A DNA stretch of 64,000 nt from Podarcis cretensis (taxonomy: Eukaryota). A model generated the notes under the pieces. It saw nothing but the letters and a program-made list of their open reading frames with translations, made no database searches and was not told where the DNA came from. The stretch is from the NCBI GenBank assembly GCA_951804945.1, contig OX638153.1, positions 30,504,001 through 30,568,000 on the forward strand. Direction: 5' to 3'. Shown here piece by piece: positions 1-37,849 of this stretch. Each line of letters opens with the position of its first letter. The first letter of the stretch is position 1. The position numbers and the translations under genes were made by a program.

Positions 1-1776
1 CCTCTGTAGAAGTTATAGTATGGAGACTTGGGTGTTATATTTATGTATACAAATTATTGTAATCACAGCCAGTGATTGAGCAGCACTGGATTATGATGTG
101 GAGATCATTCATGTTTAGGACTATTCAAATTTTAGAATGTGCAGGGGATTCTGGTGAAGTCACCTATTGAAGATGGTAGGATTAGTTTGCAATCTCCTTG
201 TTCCACTGCATGCAAAACAGCATCTTTTACCTAAAGTAGATCAGCAAAAGTGTGGCATTCCTCTGGAATATGCATAAAGAATCCCAACCACTGCAAGAAC
301 AGAAGTCCTACTTTGGGGAGTGTTAGCAAACTCCAACTCACTGGACAAAGCTGAAGGGCCTATTATGGCATGCAAAAACATTATGCCTTGAAAAAAGATA
401 ATGCAGCCACCATGAACCAATAATAAGATTTTTGAGTGACATTTAGACTTTACTGTGAAGCGGGCTTCAGTATAAAACCATCCAGATGTCCACTAAGAGC
501 CAAACTACATGTGGCACTAAACACCATACTGTATTAGTAGGTCTAGCTTATTTTGGATTTTCTTTTGATGTTCGGAGCTGATATCCATTCCTTACACTGT
601 TAGTAAATTTCAAGTCAAACTATACATGATGCTAAACAGGTCACTAAGAGTTATGTGAATCTTTTTAAATAACAGGCATGAGAGGCCCTGAACAAAGTCA
701 GAACTGTGGCTCATAGAGAGAGTTTTTATTCCCCTGCCATGATTCCAATTAAAATCACTCCTGCAGTTGCTGTTAACCCCAGGAGCAAAACTTCCATTGC
801 TATGTGGAGATAATTCTCTTTGAAACCATGATGGGATAGAACAGGTTATTCTCTTGGGCCTGTGGAGCTAATGTCAGTGATAGGGAACCATCATTTGCTT
901 ATTTAGTTTTTAAAAGATTGGTTTAATTTGTAGTGATGCATTTAGCATCACAGTTTTTTTTGGCCCTAAGCTTATGGACATCACAAGGAATGTTTAGGAA
1001 GCTATGGATCTTGGTCCTTTTCTAAAAATATGCCAGACCTACATCTCTGAATGCAAGATATGGAGATGACCAAAGACTGTCTGAATCTCCAAGACCACAG
1101 AATACCTGAGTCGAAGGAGGGACAAGACATTGTCCGTTTCTCACATCTAATACCTGAGAAGGTCTGCTTAGCTCCAGCAAGATGTTAGTCTCATTTGCCT
1201 TCAGACTGTATACTGCGGTGCTATTCAGCATGTCTCTCAGTATTCTTACTTCTGCACTCCATGATCTCTTTTATACCCTACCAATAGGCTGTCAGCTAGG
1301 ACAAAGAGGACATTAATTCAAAGTGCAATATTATATAATATGCCTGAATAGCTCTTGCCAGCAGATCACTTTTTGCAAGAGTTGTACAGACATAGCAGTA
1401 GTAATAAGATAGTTCCCCACCTGCCAGATTAATACTGCAGATGTTTCAGATTTGTTACCTAGCTACAACAGATGTTTATAAACCCATTAGGCAGTAGGAA
1501 TCAGTAAAGAACTTCTTGCAATACTTATATTTTGAATAAGAGCTTAACTCTCTGAAATGGGTTTTTTCCCCTAATGAAGATTTCTTGTCTGCTTAATAAA
1601 TTCCATTTTGTACCTCATATTAACCTATTCTTTTCTGGTCTTTACCATGGGAGTTCAAGCTATTTCTGTGCACCAGAAATAGGCAAGTAAACTGATGGCT
1701 TCAATGCAGCCTGATGATTGATGATGGGTGGGAGCAATGTACACTAATCAGTAATATGGCTGTCTAAAGTATTGAA

Positions 1777-2186
1777 CTATAAAATGACCACTTGAAGGGC
1801 TGTAGGAACCAGGTCTATAGTGTATGTACAGGGAGAGCTGTATGGAAATTGCTTGTTTGGGGAGAAATGGTTTTGAATTTCAAGGTACTGAAGTAGTGCT
1901 TGTTTCAGATTAGGAATGCCAACTTGGATGCTTTCTTCTATGCATCTGTAACGGCTGATCAACTTGGACATTCGTAAACATATAGGGTGGTATACCCAGT
2001 TGTGGTGCCCTACTTGTGCACTGAGTTCCACTTCTGTAAACAGGATTCCCTGTTCCCATTGATGCCCCTCTTCATCTGATTCAGAGGGCTGGGAGGCCCT
2101 CTGCAAGGAGGGGAGGGGAAGAGGAAGTCTTTTGCTGGGTTGAATCTTGCCCATATTATGAAGATGCTGTAAAGCTGCTGTTCTCC
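1777..2186 (-). pseudogene. Exon-like block of the nested antisense gene
   Basis: tttttctttag|GG AGA ACA GCA... is in frame with ORF 1777-2154 (about 135 open codons) and contains VGIPNLKQALLQYL. Confidence 0.5.
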
Positions 2187-2360
2187 CTAAAGAAAAATTA
2201 CAGTGTAAAAACTATTTTGAAATTCCAGAATGGAAATAAAACCTACATAACATTTCATGCAACGTGTGGTTAATTGTTTAAGCATTAGTTTGGAGGTGAA
2301 AGGAAGAGAGTTGCTTCTTCAAGAAGAAACTTTAATATATATATTTTTGTTTTTTTCCAG

Positions 2361-26888
<24,528 letters not shown>

Positions 26889-26891
<3 letters not shown>

Positions 26892-27335
26892 AGATTCTAA
26901 CCATGGACTGGCCTGTGTGTGTATGTGTGTTTGTGCATAGAATATTTATTTTTATACAGTGTTCTTTTTGGAAGTGCCAAAAGATAATGCATTTTTCAAA
27001 TTCTAAAGAGCTGCATATTTTTGTACAGAAAATGCTACTTTTCTCCTTTTTATCTGATTGTCAGTCATTTGTATCATTATATGTATATTGATACTATGCT
27101 ACTTGCATTGCGGAATACAGCTGCAATATTTGCATGATATTTGTGCACTCATACTAAGTGATACAGCTAAATAAGTTATTGCATTAAGGTGCCAGGAAGA
27201 ATCATTCTATTTACATAGGAAGACCAACAAAGCCATTTGACAATGAATGCAAGAACAACTTAAAATACTATGGACTTTCATTATTAAAATGAAATGAAAT
27301 TAACATTTGTAAAATAAATCATATATATATATAAT
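26889..27335 (+). other. COL13A1: COL13A1 terminal exon: starts with the TGA stop, then the proximal 3' UTR (end approximate)
   Basis: tatttttcttttgcag|TGA at 26889; AATAAA at 27313-27318. A stop codon at the 5' end of the last exon is a known COL13A1 trait. Confidence 0.8.
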
Positions 27336-27404
27336 GGTATTTCATGGGGAAACGTAAGCCAACAAAGTGAGAAACAACAGGGACCACCTGTGTTCAAGCC
27401 TATT

Positions 27405-27419
27405 GCCAGCAGAGGGCAC
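27405..27419 (+). promoter_or_regulatory. CTCF-like motif
   Basis: GCCAGCAGAGGGCAC matches CCASYAGRKGGCRS. Confidence 0.55.
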
Positions 27420-28502
27420 CACTGATGAAATAACTAGGAGGAGAGAATTTGTGGATAACAAAACATGCACATACAAAAAGCACTGATCTTCTAGAATCAG
27501 TTAAAGCTAAGGTTAACATTTCAGTGAGGAAGTCATTGGTGGGAACAGCAGGCTTCCGATACACAACTAAGTGCACAATCTTATACACCCTTACAATAAG
27601 GAAGTTGGTCCCACTGAACACAGTAGAAACTTCTAGCATTCATAATAACCCTTTTCAGTTCTTGGACGTCTTTTAAAATCTGCTGCCTCTCTTCCCATGC
27701 ATTGCTGCTCTTCAAATATTTCATTCTAAGGAGCATCAAATGTTATTGCACTAAGATGCATTTATTCAGCATTTCCCTGTTTGCCCCTGCACCCTGCAAG
27801 ATCTCACAACCCAAACAACGGCTGTTTTCCTCTGGTTTTAACACATGTTGCTTCTTGTCCTCACTTCAGTGCCAAACTAAAGGTAATGCAAGAGACTAAA
27901 ATAATTAATTCTGGCCACTATCAATTAAAATACATGAACCCAAGAGGCCCAGAGTGGTGGTCCTGACCCCAGGAGACCCCAGGCTGCAGCTAAGGATCTC
28001 AAGGTCACATCTAGTTGTGCCCTCAGATCAGTGAACAGTCTGTTAAGTTTCCCTTGACATTATTAACATATGATAGATTCTTAACTAAATATATGCTGAC
28101 CACTTCACATAGAGGAAAGAGCAGCTTTCTGGTCAATCCACTGAAACCAGGACAAACCCACAGCAGGATATGCTTTGCCTTGGTAGGTCATGAGGTGTGT
28201 GTGCCTCAGCTGAACATTTCCAATTATTTTCTCATTTCCCCATGTGACTTGTCATTCTTCTCATATCCTTCTAAATCTCTTCTGGCTTCTCAGCATTTTC
28301 TTGAACTTTAGCATGGAAAACATAGTACTACAAATGAAGGCTTAGCCTTGTGTAGATTACTGCTATGTATTTCTCTTAGTCCTGGAAGCAGCACTAGTTA
28401 TGTATACTATAGACGCAGACCAGTATTTTAAAAGATGTCACTCAGTTCATGCACCATGCAAATTCCCCATCACGATTACCACCAATATCCACACTAATAA
28501 CA

Positions 28503-28694
28503 GATCCGCAACATACATTTAAAGCATACCCAACACACATTGAAAGAACATTACTTTCTCCAAAGAATCCTGGGAACTGTAGTTTAAAAAAGACAGAATT
28601 GTAGCACTGTGAAGGGGGAAACTACAGATCCTGGGATTTTTTGGGCGAGTTATGTGCTTTAAATTTGTTGGTCTTTAAATATATGGTGTATATC
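28503..28694. mobile_element. Old palindromic MITE-like element
   Basis: catacatttaaag/ctttaaatatatg ends; inner ctgtagttt/aaactacag. Confidence 0.55.
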
Positions 28695-31600
28695 TACCAA
28701 ATTCTGCAGCTGACAATTCAAAATGTGCACTGCATCCCCATGGATGCACCCCAAATGAATCGTTATGAAATCCAACTCAGATTTAGTTCACTATCAGGGC
28801 ACAACAGGAAACTAGACTGTTCCTGGTTTACAAGGTCACTATTCTGAGTAGAGCAAAGGATTGTGCAACATACTAGCTGCAATCCACTCACATTATTTCA
28901 GGGAGGTGTGATAGACTCCCATCATTTTCAGAAAAGGGATGGCACAGGTGCAAAACCCAAAATAGATAAGTGAAAAATACTTGCTGCTAAGGATTATAAA
29001 CGTTTAAGTGGAGCCCAGTGGAACACAGATAAAATTAGATTTGAGATTTTGCATAGTTTTAAGTACATGAGAGCAGCACTTTTACTAATATCTGAAAGGA
29101 CATTTCTATATGAAATTATATATCTGTCACTTAAAGGGTCAAACTCCTTGGCTGATAGCCAAATAATGAAACAAGTAAGAGAGTGGAGATATTTGTGGAA
29201 GGCCTACAGTGGTGACAGAAGAACATCCTGCTTGAAGGTTTGCTGAAGCTATTGAATGAGTTGCCTCCAAGGAGCACGGAAGTATTCTTGAGCCACGCGC
29301 ACCAGAGCTTTGTTCCTGAACAGTGGACCTGGTGAGGCTGCAGAAGATGGACACCCCAGTGGTTTTTGCTCTCTCCTTCCAGAGGTCGGCACCAGTGCCA
29401 GATGTGAGAGAAACTGGCTTCTGTTTCATCATTTTTCATTCAATTCAGTCTGTTTTGATAATAGGAGCCTTCGTCCGAAAATCTTGACATGTCATGCAGC
29501 AGCTGATGTGAAGAACATTAGGACATAAGACAACTTTCTGTGGTTGTTGCTTTTTTCAGAAGAGGGGCTATTTTTCTCATACTTCTAAGCAATAAACTTG
29601 AATATTGATTCTGAAAAGCAGCTCAGTGAAGATACAGCAACACTTTGCCATCTTTCCTGGTTGCCCAGTGACAAACATTCATTTACTCACATGATGATTC
29701 CATCGTTAACCTTTTCATGGCTTCTCTTCAAAAGCTACCATTTATTTTTCTGCAAGAAAGTTATTATCCTTTTGGTGTACTAGAAGTTAATTTTAAATTT
29801 GATAAATGTTTGATTTCTTTTCTACATTATTTTAGTTCTACTCATTTTCAGACATTTTTCATACTAGAAACATATTTGTCATGAAGTATTTTCTGCCATG
29901 ATAAAACTCTGTTCAATTTCTCTAGGTTCCCTTTTCAGTGGAACTATCCCAGTGCTAAAAACATAAGGGTACCACTTTAACAGACTTTTTGGGACAAAAG
30001 ATTAGGGGGGGGAAATATAACTTTCCAATAATGTGCTGACAGTTTTAATGACAACTTCGCCCCTTTTGAATTTTGATAGTTTTGTAATATCATCTGAGTT
30101 ATTTAAGAAGTCTCAAGTGGATGCAATGTAGTCCCAGTAACTTACTATTTTGTCAACTAGGTTTAAAACTTCTACTGATTCCTGTAGTCCATGTGTATTA
30201 TTGTTAATTTGTTTTAAGTGTAGGTATCTCTGGGATGTCTTCTATTGTGAAGACTTGTGCCAAAAACGCATTTAGTTCATCTGTAATTTACTTGATGGTT
30301 TTTTTTCCTTTTCTGAATGCTCCCCCAGGGCTCTAGCACAGTTAAACTGCCCCAACAGCCCCTTGCATACAACACTTTTGCATACTTTTGGGCTCCCTTA
30401 TCCCTTTCACAGGAGGCAATTCTGTGTATACATGTTTACACATGCAGATCTGCATCCTACATTGCTGAAAATGGATTCATGCAGAAATAGCATATTCACA
30501 TTGGAATGCCCACAAAGCTCTAGATGAGAACTGTCAGTAAACACTCAAATAGCAACAACCCATAAATTCTTAAGGAAACACACATGATTGCTTTGATTGT
30601 TGGATGCTTCTTTCACCAGGACAGAATTTGTGGAATGAGGCTCCCCCCACCTTCCCTCTAGTCCCCTGAAAGTCTGTTAGTAGTGACTGAGATACTTTGG
30701 GGATATGCTATGGGGGCCTGCAAATTAAAATCCCTCACTTCTGATTAGAACAGCAATCTGGGATCTAAACCATTATGTTTCATTGATTGCTTATAAATCA
30801 TAGTTTAGTGCAGAGCCTGAACTATTCAGTAAGAAAATAGAAGGATTTCACAATACTGAGAACAAACAGTATAAACTGGTTACTGGAAACCTTAATTGCC
30901 ACTGGGTACTATTTCATCACTAGATGATTTCTGCCACAGCTTTAACTGCAGAAAAACCAGAAATGGGCAAGTCAAAAGTGATACAGGGTAGTTGTTCATG
31001 AGACTTGCGCTTAAGTTCTTATAATTATACCACACTGGGCACAGTTAAGTGCACCATTATGAACCAATGCCACTGAAATCAATGGGGCATAAGCATGGAT
31101 CTGTGTTGCAGTGTACCCATAATTTAGATGTCCTGCTAGGTTTCAAGGATTGTTCCCATCCCAACCTCCACACATACAATCTGGTCAGCAAAGAGGTGTT
31201 CACTGCAATGTTGGAGGTGGCTCCATATGGACAATGGGAATGCATACAGAGGACTGCCCAGCAATGAGGAGAAAGCCCTCTGCACTTACGAATTCTTTAT
31301 GTATGCACCTGCAAAATTTTGGATTGGACTGAATGTTCTTCAGATCAGGGAGAGTGTGTGCTCACAAAGAACAAGAAGAAATTGAATGTTACTTCAAAAC
31401 ATTTTTGATATAAGACTTATTCATTGTAAGTATTAACAGGGACTGCTATTTTTGCATATCAGGTTTGTTGCAGAAGTTCTTGTTTTGTTGAGGTAAGAAT
31501 GTGTCCAACTGCAGGGCGGTGTGCCTTTGTACTTTAATATATTCATTTTTTAATATTACATTTCCTTTTTTATTTTGTTATATATTCTGTAGCTGTGTTT

Positions 31601-34600
31601 TGATATGGAAAGCAAGAAAATTTTAAGTTCCTAAATCATTTGTTGTTAGGGATGTTTTCTTGCCTTCCAAGTACACTATCTTATTGGTGCTTTTTTGCTG
31701 ATGGGCAGATGTTCAGCTCGGAAGTTTTCTTTTTTCCACAGACTACCCTGGGGACCAAACAACTGTGGACTCCCTAAATACAGGCCCCCAATCAAGCTCT
31801 AGCAACTCAGTTATGTTTGGCTAACAACACCAGGAAGAGGACAGGGATTCACATTCCAGTGAATGTGCATCTAACTGTGCACCCCCATCCTTCTGGCACA
31901 TTAGCTATGCACCACTAGAGCTGGATTGAGGGATCAAAATGGTCTCTTTCAATAATAGTAACAATTTACACAAAATGTAGGGACCAGGAAGGGCAAAGAA
32001 ATGGTCTCTTTTGATGACAGGTGGTGTCTCTAAACGAAAACAGACTCAAACATGTCTGTTCTGTTTGAAGCGATTGTGAAAATGAAACTAACCTCTATAC
32101 TGCCAATTTTGTGATCCAATAAGACACTTTCCTGTGCTTTAACTTTCAACATCCAAATTGTCCTAAGTAAACAACTCCTTGCTCAGACACAGTATAGCTC
32201 TGGACATGAAGAGCCTGAGGAATGAGCAAGAGAGGACTGCCATCACCTTCACACTCTCCTTGTAAGCTTCCTCTATTGAAAACAGAACGCTAGACAAAAT
32301 GGATCTTGCATGATCCCCATTATATTTATGAATTAATTGAGCACTTAAACGCTAAGTTCATTACGCAGTCTATATAATCTTTGGGCATTTGGGTTGCTTG
32401 CATATTTGTTAGCTCTCAATGGTTTTATATCTAAATAACTAAATACCAGCTTTGCTTTATAAATGATGTATGGAGAAGGAATTATAGTTTTTACATGCAT
32501 TAATCTTAGGTTTTATTGTTGCTATTATTTTTGACTACTTACTATACTATTTTGAGATTACAGACAGTAATGGGAAGTATAAGGGTCTGATGGTAAATCA
32601 ATTAGCTACCTTTTCCTGTTAATACATTGCTCCTGGTGAGTGCCAACATCCATTTAGAGAAAATTCCGTATGTCTCCGCATCCCAATACACTTCAACACC
32701 TCACTTCTACATCTTTCATATCCCTTCAATCAGTGCCACTAATTCTAGTGACTCTTGCAAATGAGTACATATCCTCCTCATGCAACAAATATATTTTCAT
32801 AAATATATTTAAACTCCTATTTAATGTATCTACCAAATTTTCTCCAATATATGTAATCAAAAATTTCTAGTCTTCATTCTACATGTTCTTCCAAAACTAG
32901 AAATCAGTGCGTGCCAAACAGCAAAAAAGATATCGAAAGTGAAATTAATTCTAAATATGTTCTAGCAGCTATGCAAACTTTTGTATGAGCATGAGAACTC
33001 CTAGAAAAGCCATCTACAATAGCTCTGTGCACTCTTGTGCAAGCATTTTTGGAATGCTAGCAGCAATTTTTCTTCCCCTTCAGTTAATTATGGGATCCAG
33101 CACCACAATGTCTAAAGATGCATGTCCAAAAATCATGTTTTGCATGCAAAGGAATTGATTTTTTTGAAGAATTTCCTGTGAGTAAAGACCCATGCAAATA
33201 TTTCCAAGGACCCATCATATCTTACTCATGTGACTTATTGAAAGATGACAAATTAGTTTTATTTGCCTTCTGTGTGCATTTACCAACAACAACAAAACTA
33301 GTGTCATGAATTCAAAGTGGACAGACCCTATAGGAATTATTTCCAAATCCAGGTTAAGGTAGATTATAAATAAATTCTAGGAACCTTCATAAATAGTAGG
33401 TAAAGATATTAAAATCAGGGCAGACAGAAACCTGCCATTTAAGATTTTTTTTGTGGTATCCTACCTCACAATAATCAATGGGACTCTTGTAATAGCTTTA
33501 AAGTCATCATTTCATTCTAGATATTTAAGCTATCAGAATTTGTTTAAAAAATTATACGAGTAGCTAATCTTTTGAATTAATATTTGGTTTTATTATTTTT
33601 TTAAAAAAAGACTTTCGTTATGGAGCCAGTTTTTGCAGGAAACTGATTTGCAGAAACAATTTGTTGTTGTTTCTGGTTTTGTCAATTTACATGACAACAT
33701 ATGCTTTTTATCTCGTTTTATTTGATGTACAAATATTTAAAATTTAATTAAACTGGAATATATTGCATTGTTGGGGCATTGTTTCTACATTCTCCTACAT
33801 AGGCTTCAACTGATTTGAAATAGACATCTTTGTATTTACATAGGTTGCGATGAAATTTTCAGTTTGTTAAATCACTGCTTGGCATGCCAACTAAATATTG
33901 TAGGGTAATATTTAATAAGCTTTGTGAGAAAGCAACTTCAAACTCTTTTTACTTCAAACAGATAAAGGTATTTATTCATTTAAATTGGATTATCTACCTA
34001 AGCAGTTACTGTTGTTGTTTTTTACCTGTTTCTTCAGATAAGCCTTTATTTATCAGAGATGCAAACTCATCAAATTATACGTAGCTTTAAAGTACAACCC
34101 AATACAATCCTGCTCAGAAGTGTATCCCAGATAATGGGGTACAAAATTGCAGCCTTAACCTAAATAATTCTGTTTAAATAGTATGTGTGTGTGTGATAAG
34201 CTATTTTGAAATTAACTGCAGCCGAAGTTTATGCCCACTTTTTAAAAAAGTATTTCAAGCTTCTGCAGAATACTGATTTAAACGTTTAGGGTTATATCCA
34301 ACAAGTCATACACAGAGTAGAACTACGGAAATCAATGGATAAGTGCAGTTTTATTTTCAACATTCCCAACAAAATTACTTTTTGGAGAAATGGAATCAAG
34401 CATACACCTCATCATTATACTGTAACAAAATGTAAGGAGATGATGCTCAGATCTTTATAAAGTAGCAGCAAAAAAAAAATGTTCACTTTTTATGTAAAAA
34501 TATACTAAATCAGGATATACACATTCGTGGCTTGAAAAGCAGTGACATGGTTTTCTTCGCAACATTTCCAAATCACATTTTTATGTTGCTGTACACACAG

Positions 34601-35509
34601 GAGAGGAAGCAGGGATGTCTTCAACCAATGTGCATTACCTGCTACTCCCCACCCATTCCAATTCAATGAAACTTTCATCTGCACATGGGCCAGCCTGCCC
34701 ATGAGGCCTGGTGAAGCAGTCAACTCACGTGGCAGATCCAGCCTCTGAGGAGCATGTCGCCCACCGCTTCCTGTGCTTGTCGGCCGCCGCCTCCTCTGCT
34801 CACAGGCTGTTCCTCTCTGGCTTTCTTTTACTCCCCACCACCACCTTCAGCATGCTGGGCCTTTTCCAGACCACCTCCAGTTACCTCAGGTGGCTGTGGC
34901 TGCTGAAAAGTGGTGGCAGGGGGCGCTGCAGAGGAAGCAGCAGCCCTTTCTATTTTGTCTCATGCGGCAAAAACGTCCTAGGCTGGCGCAGACAATGGCT
35001 ATCGGAAATGAACACACCTCAGATTAACTGCTGCTTACGTTTTCAAGTCAGATAGAAGCTGGTTTGAGGGGAAACACATCAAACACCAGTAATTCCCATG
35101 AAGCTGGAGGATAGATAGGGATTGTGGTTAGCACCATGTGTCCATCAGTGCTGGGAGCAAACTGAGCTGAAGTAAACAGCAATATGCACATAGCCTCAAG
35201 TATAATAATAGCTTTCTTAGGCAAAGTAGATTATAAGCAACATTGAGGATATACGCTCAAATGCCGTAACTAGTTCTCCATTCTTTATCATGCACTGTGG
35301 GGCAACAATTTGATCCTACTCCAGGAAAACTACAAACATTCACTGTGCTAACATTTACTTATCTTGTATTATTTCTGTAGTGGGGTTATTGTTTGGAAAA
35401 CGTAAGTTTATGCAATTCTGTACTGTTGGTTTATTGTATATGATGTAAATATTTATCTTTTTAAAATGGCAAATGTTTACGATTTATTATTTCATGCAGC
35501 CGATTTAAA

Positions 35510-35515
35510 AATAAA
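35510..35515 (+). terminator. Candidate distal poly(A) signal of COL13A1
   Basis: AATAAA preceded by TGTA motifs and followed by (GT)n and a T run. Confidence 0.45.
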
Positions 35516-35699
35516 GTGTGCATTCTCTTACAAAACCTTATCTGTATATTAATTGTGTGTGTGTGTGCGTGCTATTAAGTGGTGGATTGTTTTAACTTTT
35601 TTTTTTTTACCGTGCTTCAGTTTTCACTGAAAACTTTGAAACTGCTTAGCAGTCTCTACTCAACCTTTATATTTATAAACAAAGACCTTATTTCCAATA

Positions 35700-35941
35700 C
35701 AGTGGTACCTCGGGTTACATAAGCTTCAGGTTACATACGCTTCAGGTTACACACTCCGCTAACCCAGAAACAGTGCTTCAGGTTAAGAACTTTGCTTCAG
35801 GATGAGAACAGAAATCGTGCTCCGACAGCGCGGCAGCAGCAGGAGGCCCCATTAGCTAAAGTGGTGCTTCAAGTTAAGAACAGTTTCAGGTTAAGTACAG
35901 ACCTCTGGAACAAATTAAGTACTTAACCCGAGGTACCACTG
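35700..35941 (+). mobile_element. Tc1/mariner-type MITE (family of 7536)
   Basis: TIRs cagtggtacctcgggtta/taacccgaggtaccactg with TA TSD. Confidence 0.88.
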
Positions 35942-36011
35942 TAATCTCTCCTCACAGTGAAAGTGATATATTTTAAACCATTGGGAGAAATAAAAAGCTT
36001 AAAATGCTATA

Positions 36012-36190
36012 CAGTCATACCTCGGGTTACAGACGCTTCAGGTTGCGTTTTTTTGGGTTATGGACCCGCCGAAACCCGGAAGTACCGAAACGAGTTACTT
36101 CCGGATTTCACGCATGTGCAGAAGTGCTAAATCGCACTTTGCGCATGTGCAAAGCGCTGAATCGCAACCCATGTGATTCATGCACAAGTG
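36012..36190 (+). mobile_element. Truncated mariner-type MITE (family of 44263 and 54782)
   Basis: ta|cagtcatacctcgggtt, internal ccggaagta...tacttccgg. Confidence 0.7.
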
Positions 36191-36221
36191 CAGAAATCAT
36201 TGCCAGACACCAAAAGATATA

Positions 36222-36355
36222 GTTATAGGTAGGTAGCCGTGTTGGTCTGCCGTAGTCGAAACAAAACAAAAAAAATTCCTTTCAGTAGCACCTTAGAGAC
36301 CAACTAAGTTTGTTATCGGTATGAGCTTTCGTGTGCATGCACACTTCTTCAGATA
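36222..36355 (-). mobile_element. Penelope-like retroelement terminal fragment carrying a hammerhead motif
   Basis: gtagccgtgttggtctg...agtagcaccttagagaccaac...gagctttcgtgtgcatgcacacttcttcagata resembles recalled reptile PLE ends. Confidence 0.7.
36320..36355 (-). ncRNA. Minimal type I hammerhead ribozyme motif
   Basis: Minus strand reads UAU-CUGAAGA-A-GUGUGCAUGCACAC-GAAA-GC-UC^AUA. Confidence 0.6.
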
Positions 36356-36471
36356 GATATAATTCTTCAAAAGATATAATTGTCTTGTGATCAAGATTCC
36401 TGCTGTATTTCACTATTAGGAATTTATTTATTTATTTATTTGTTTGTTTTTATAAAATGGTGACAAAAGTA

Positions 36472-36640
36472 CCGTATTTTTCGCTCTATAACACGCACCC
36501 AACCATAACACGCACGTAGTTTTTAGAGGAGGAAAATCCATAGGCATGCCACCCATAGGCATTCCCTCCATAACACGCACAGACATTTCCCCTTACTTTC
36601 TAGGAGGAAAAAAGTGAGTGTTATGGTGCAAAAAATACGG
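36472..36640. mobile_element. Tc1/mariner superfamily (pogo/Tc2-like) MITE
   Basis: TIRs ccgtatttttc/aaaaaatacgg with TA TSD. Confidence 0.8.
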
Positions 36641-37849
36641 TAGTTGCATTTGTGATAGGAAATAAGATTTAAAAGGATTTTGATGTATTAGTGATCAAAT
36701 GTTATTTCTATCTTATTAGTTATGCATTGAGTACTGTTATGTTATTCATATTTACTTTTTTTCCCTCTCACCTTTCTCTCAGTAGAGGACCCAAGGCAGC
36801 TCACTGCTAAATACAGCTAAAACATGCACAATCGGTATAATTATTAAAAAACAAATTTTGTTGTTGTTGTTGTTTAGACAAATAAGTAACCCTATTAAAA
36901 ACAGCCCTGAAAGACTTCTAAACCATTTAAAAGCACAAGTAGATCACACACCTTCATAAGGCCCTGCTGCAACAGCCAGTTAGTGGCCAAAGGTTTCTGA
37001 ATCAAGTTTTTGCCTATCCACAAAAGGAAAGAGCCAACCTAGCCCTCTGTGGCAATGACACAATTTGAGAGCAGTCACTGAAAAGGTCCACTTAGCATGC
37101 CCATGAAGGTGGCAAGACATGGGAGTAAGGCCTCTCAATAATATCTCGAAGTCTGAGTAGAGTCCTATAGGGAGATGAACCCAATTCTCCAGATACTTTT
37201 TTATGTAGTTGAAGCATTTTATAAACATCTTACTGGAAACCTCAGGAAACAAAGCAGGACTTACTTCCACATAATTTTTTGCTGGGGCAAACTGCGTATT
37301 TTACCAGAGGCATGGTCCTTCCCTTTCTTTGCACACAATATACTCACATTAATTTATTACAGGAAGCAATCTGCCTGACATGTTTAAGAACAGATGCCAC
37401 CACCTCAACAGTTTTAAAAAAAACGCAACTCCAAACAAGTTGCTGTTCGACCCTTACCTGCGCTAAACAGTGGTAATGAAAAGTGGGGAAATGATGTGCC
37501 ACCCTTTCAGTGAATAATTATGGGCGAAAAGCCTACGCTGCAGTGGCAGCTTTGAACACACAAGACTCGTACTTTTTGTGCGGCATCGAAGATGAAGAGG
37601 GACATCTACCAACACAAGATTCCTAACTGATGCTTCCTTGGATCTCAAGCGCGCTCTGCAACATCCTCGCCAAACAGCCATCTGAAGCAGCTTGCTTGCG
37701 AAAGAGTACAGCGGTGTTGTAACACCAGGTCCAAAGAAGCACCACTGCACAGTATTTTCCCAGAGAGCCCCGCCCCTTTCTGTTTGGGCAGGTATTCCTT
37801 GGCAGAGAGCTTTCTTTTAGGTTAAAGTCACCGCTGCGAAGCAAGAATT

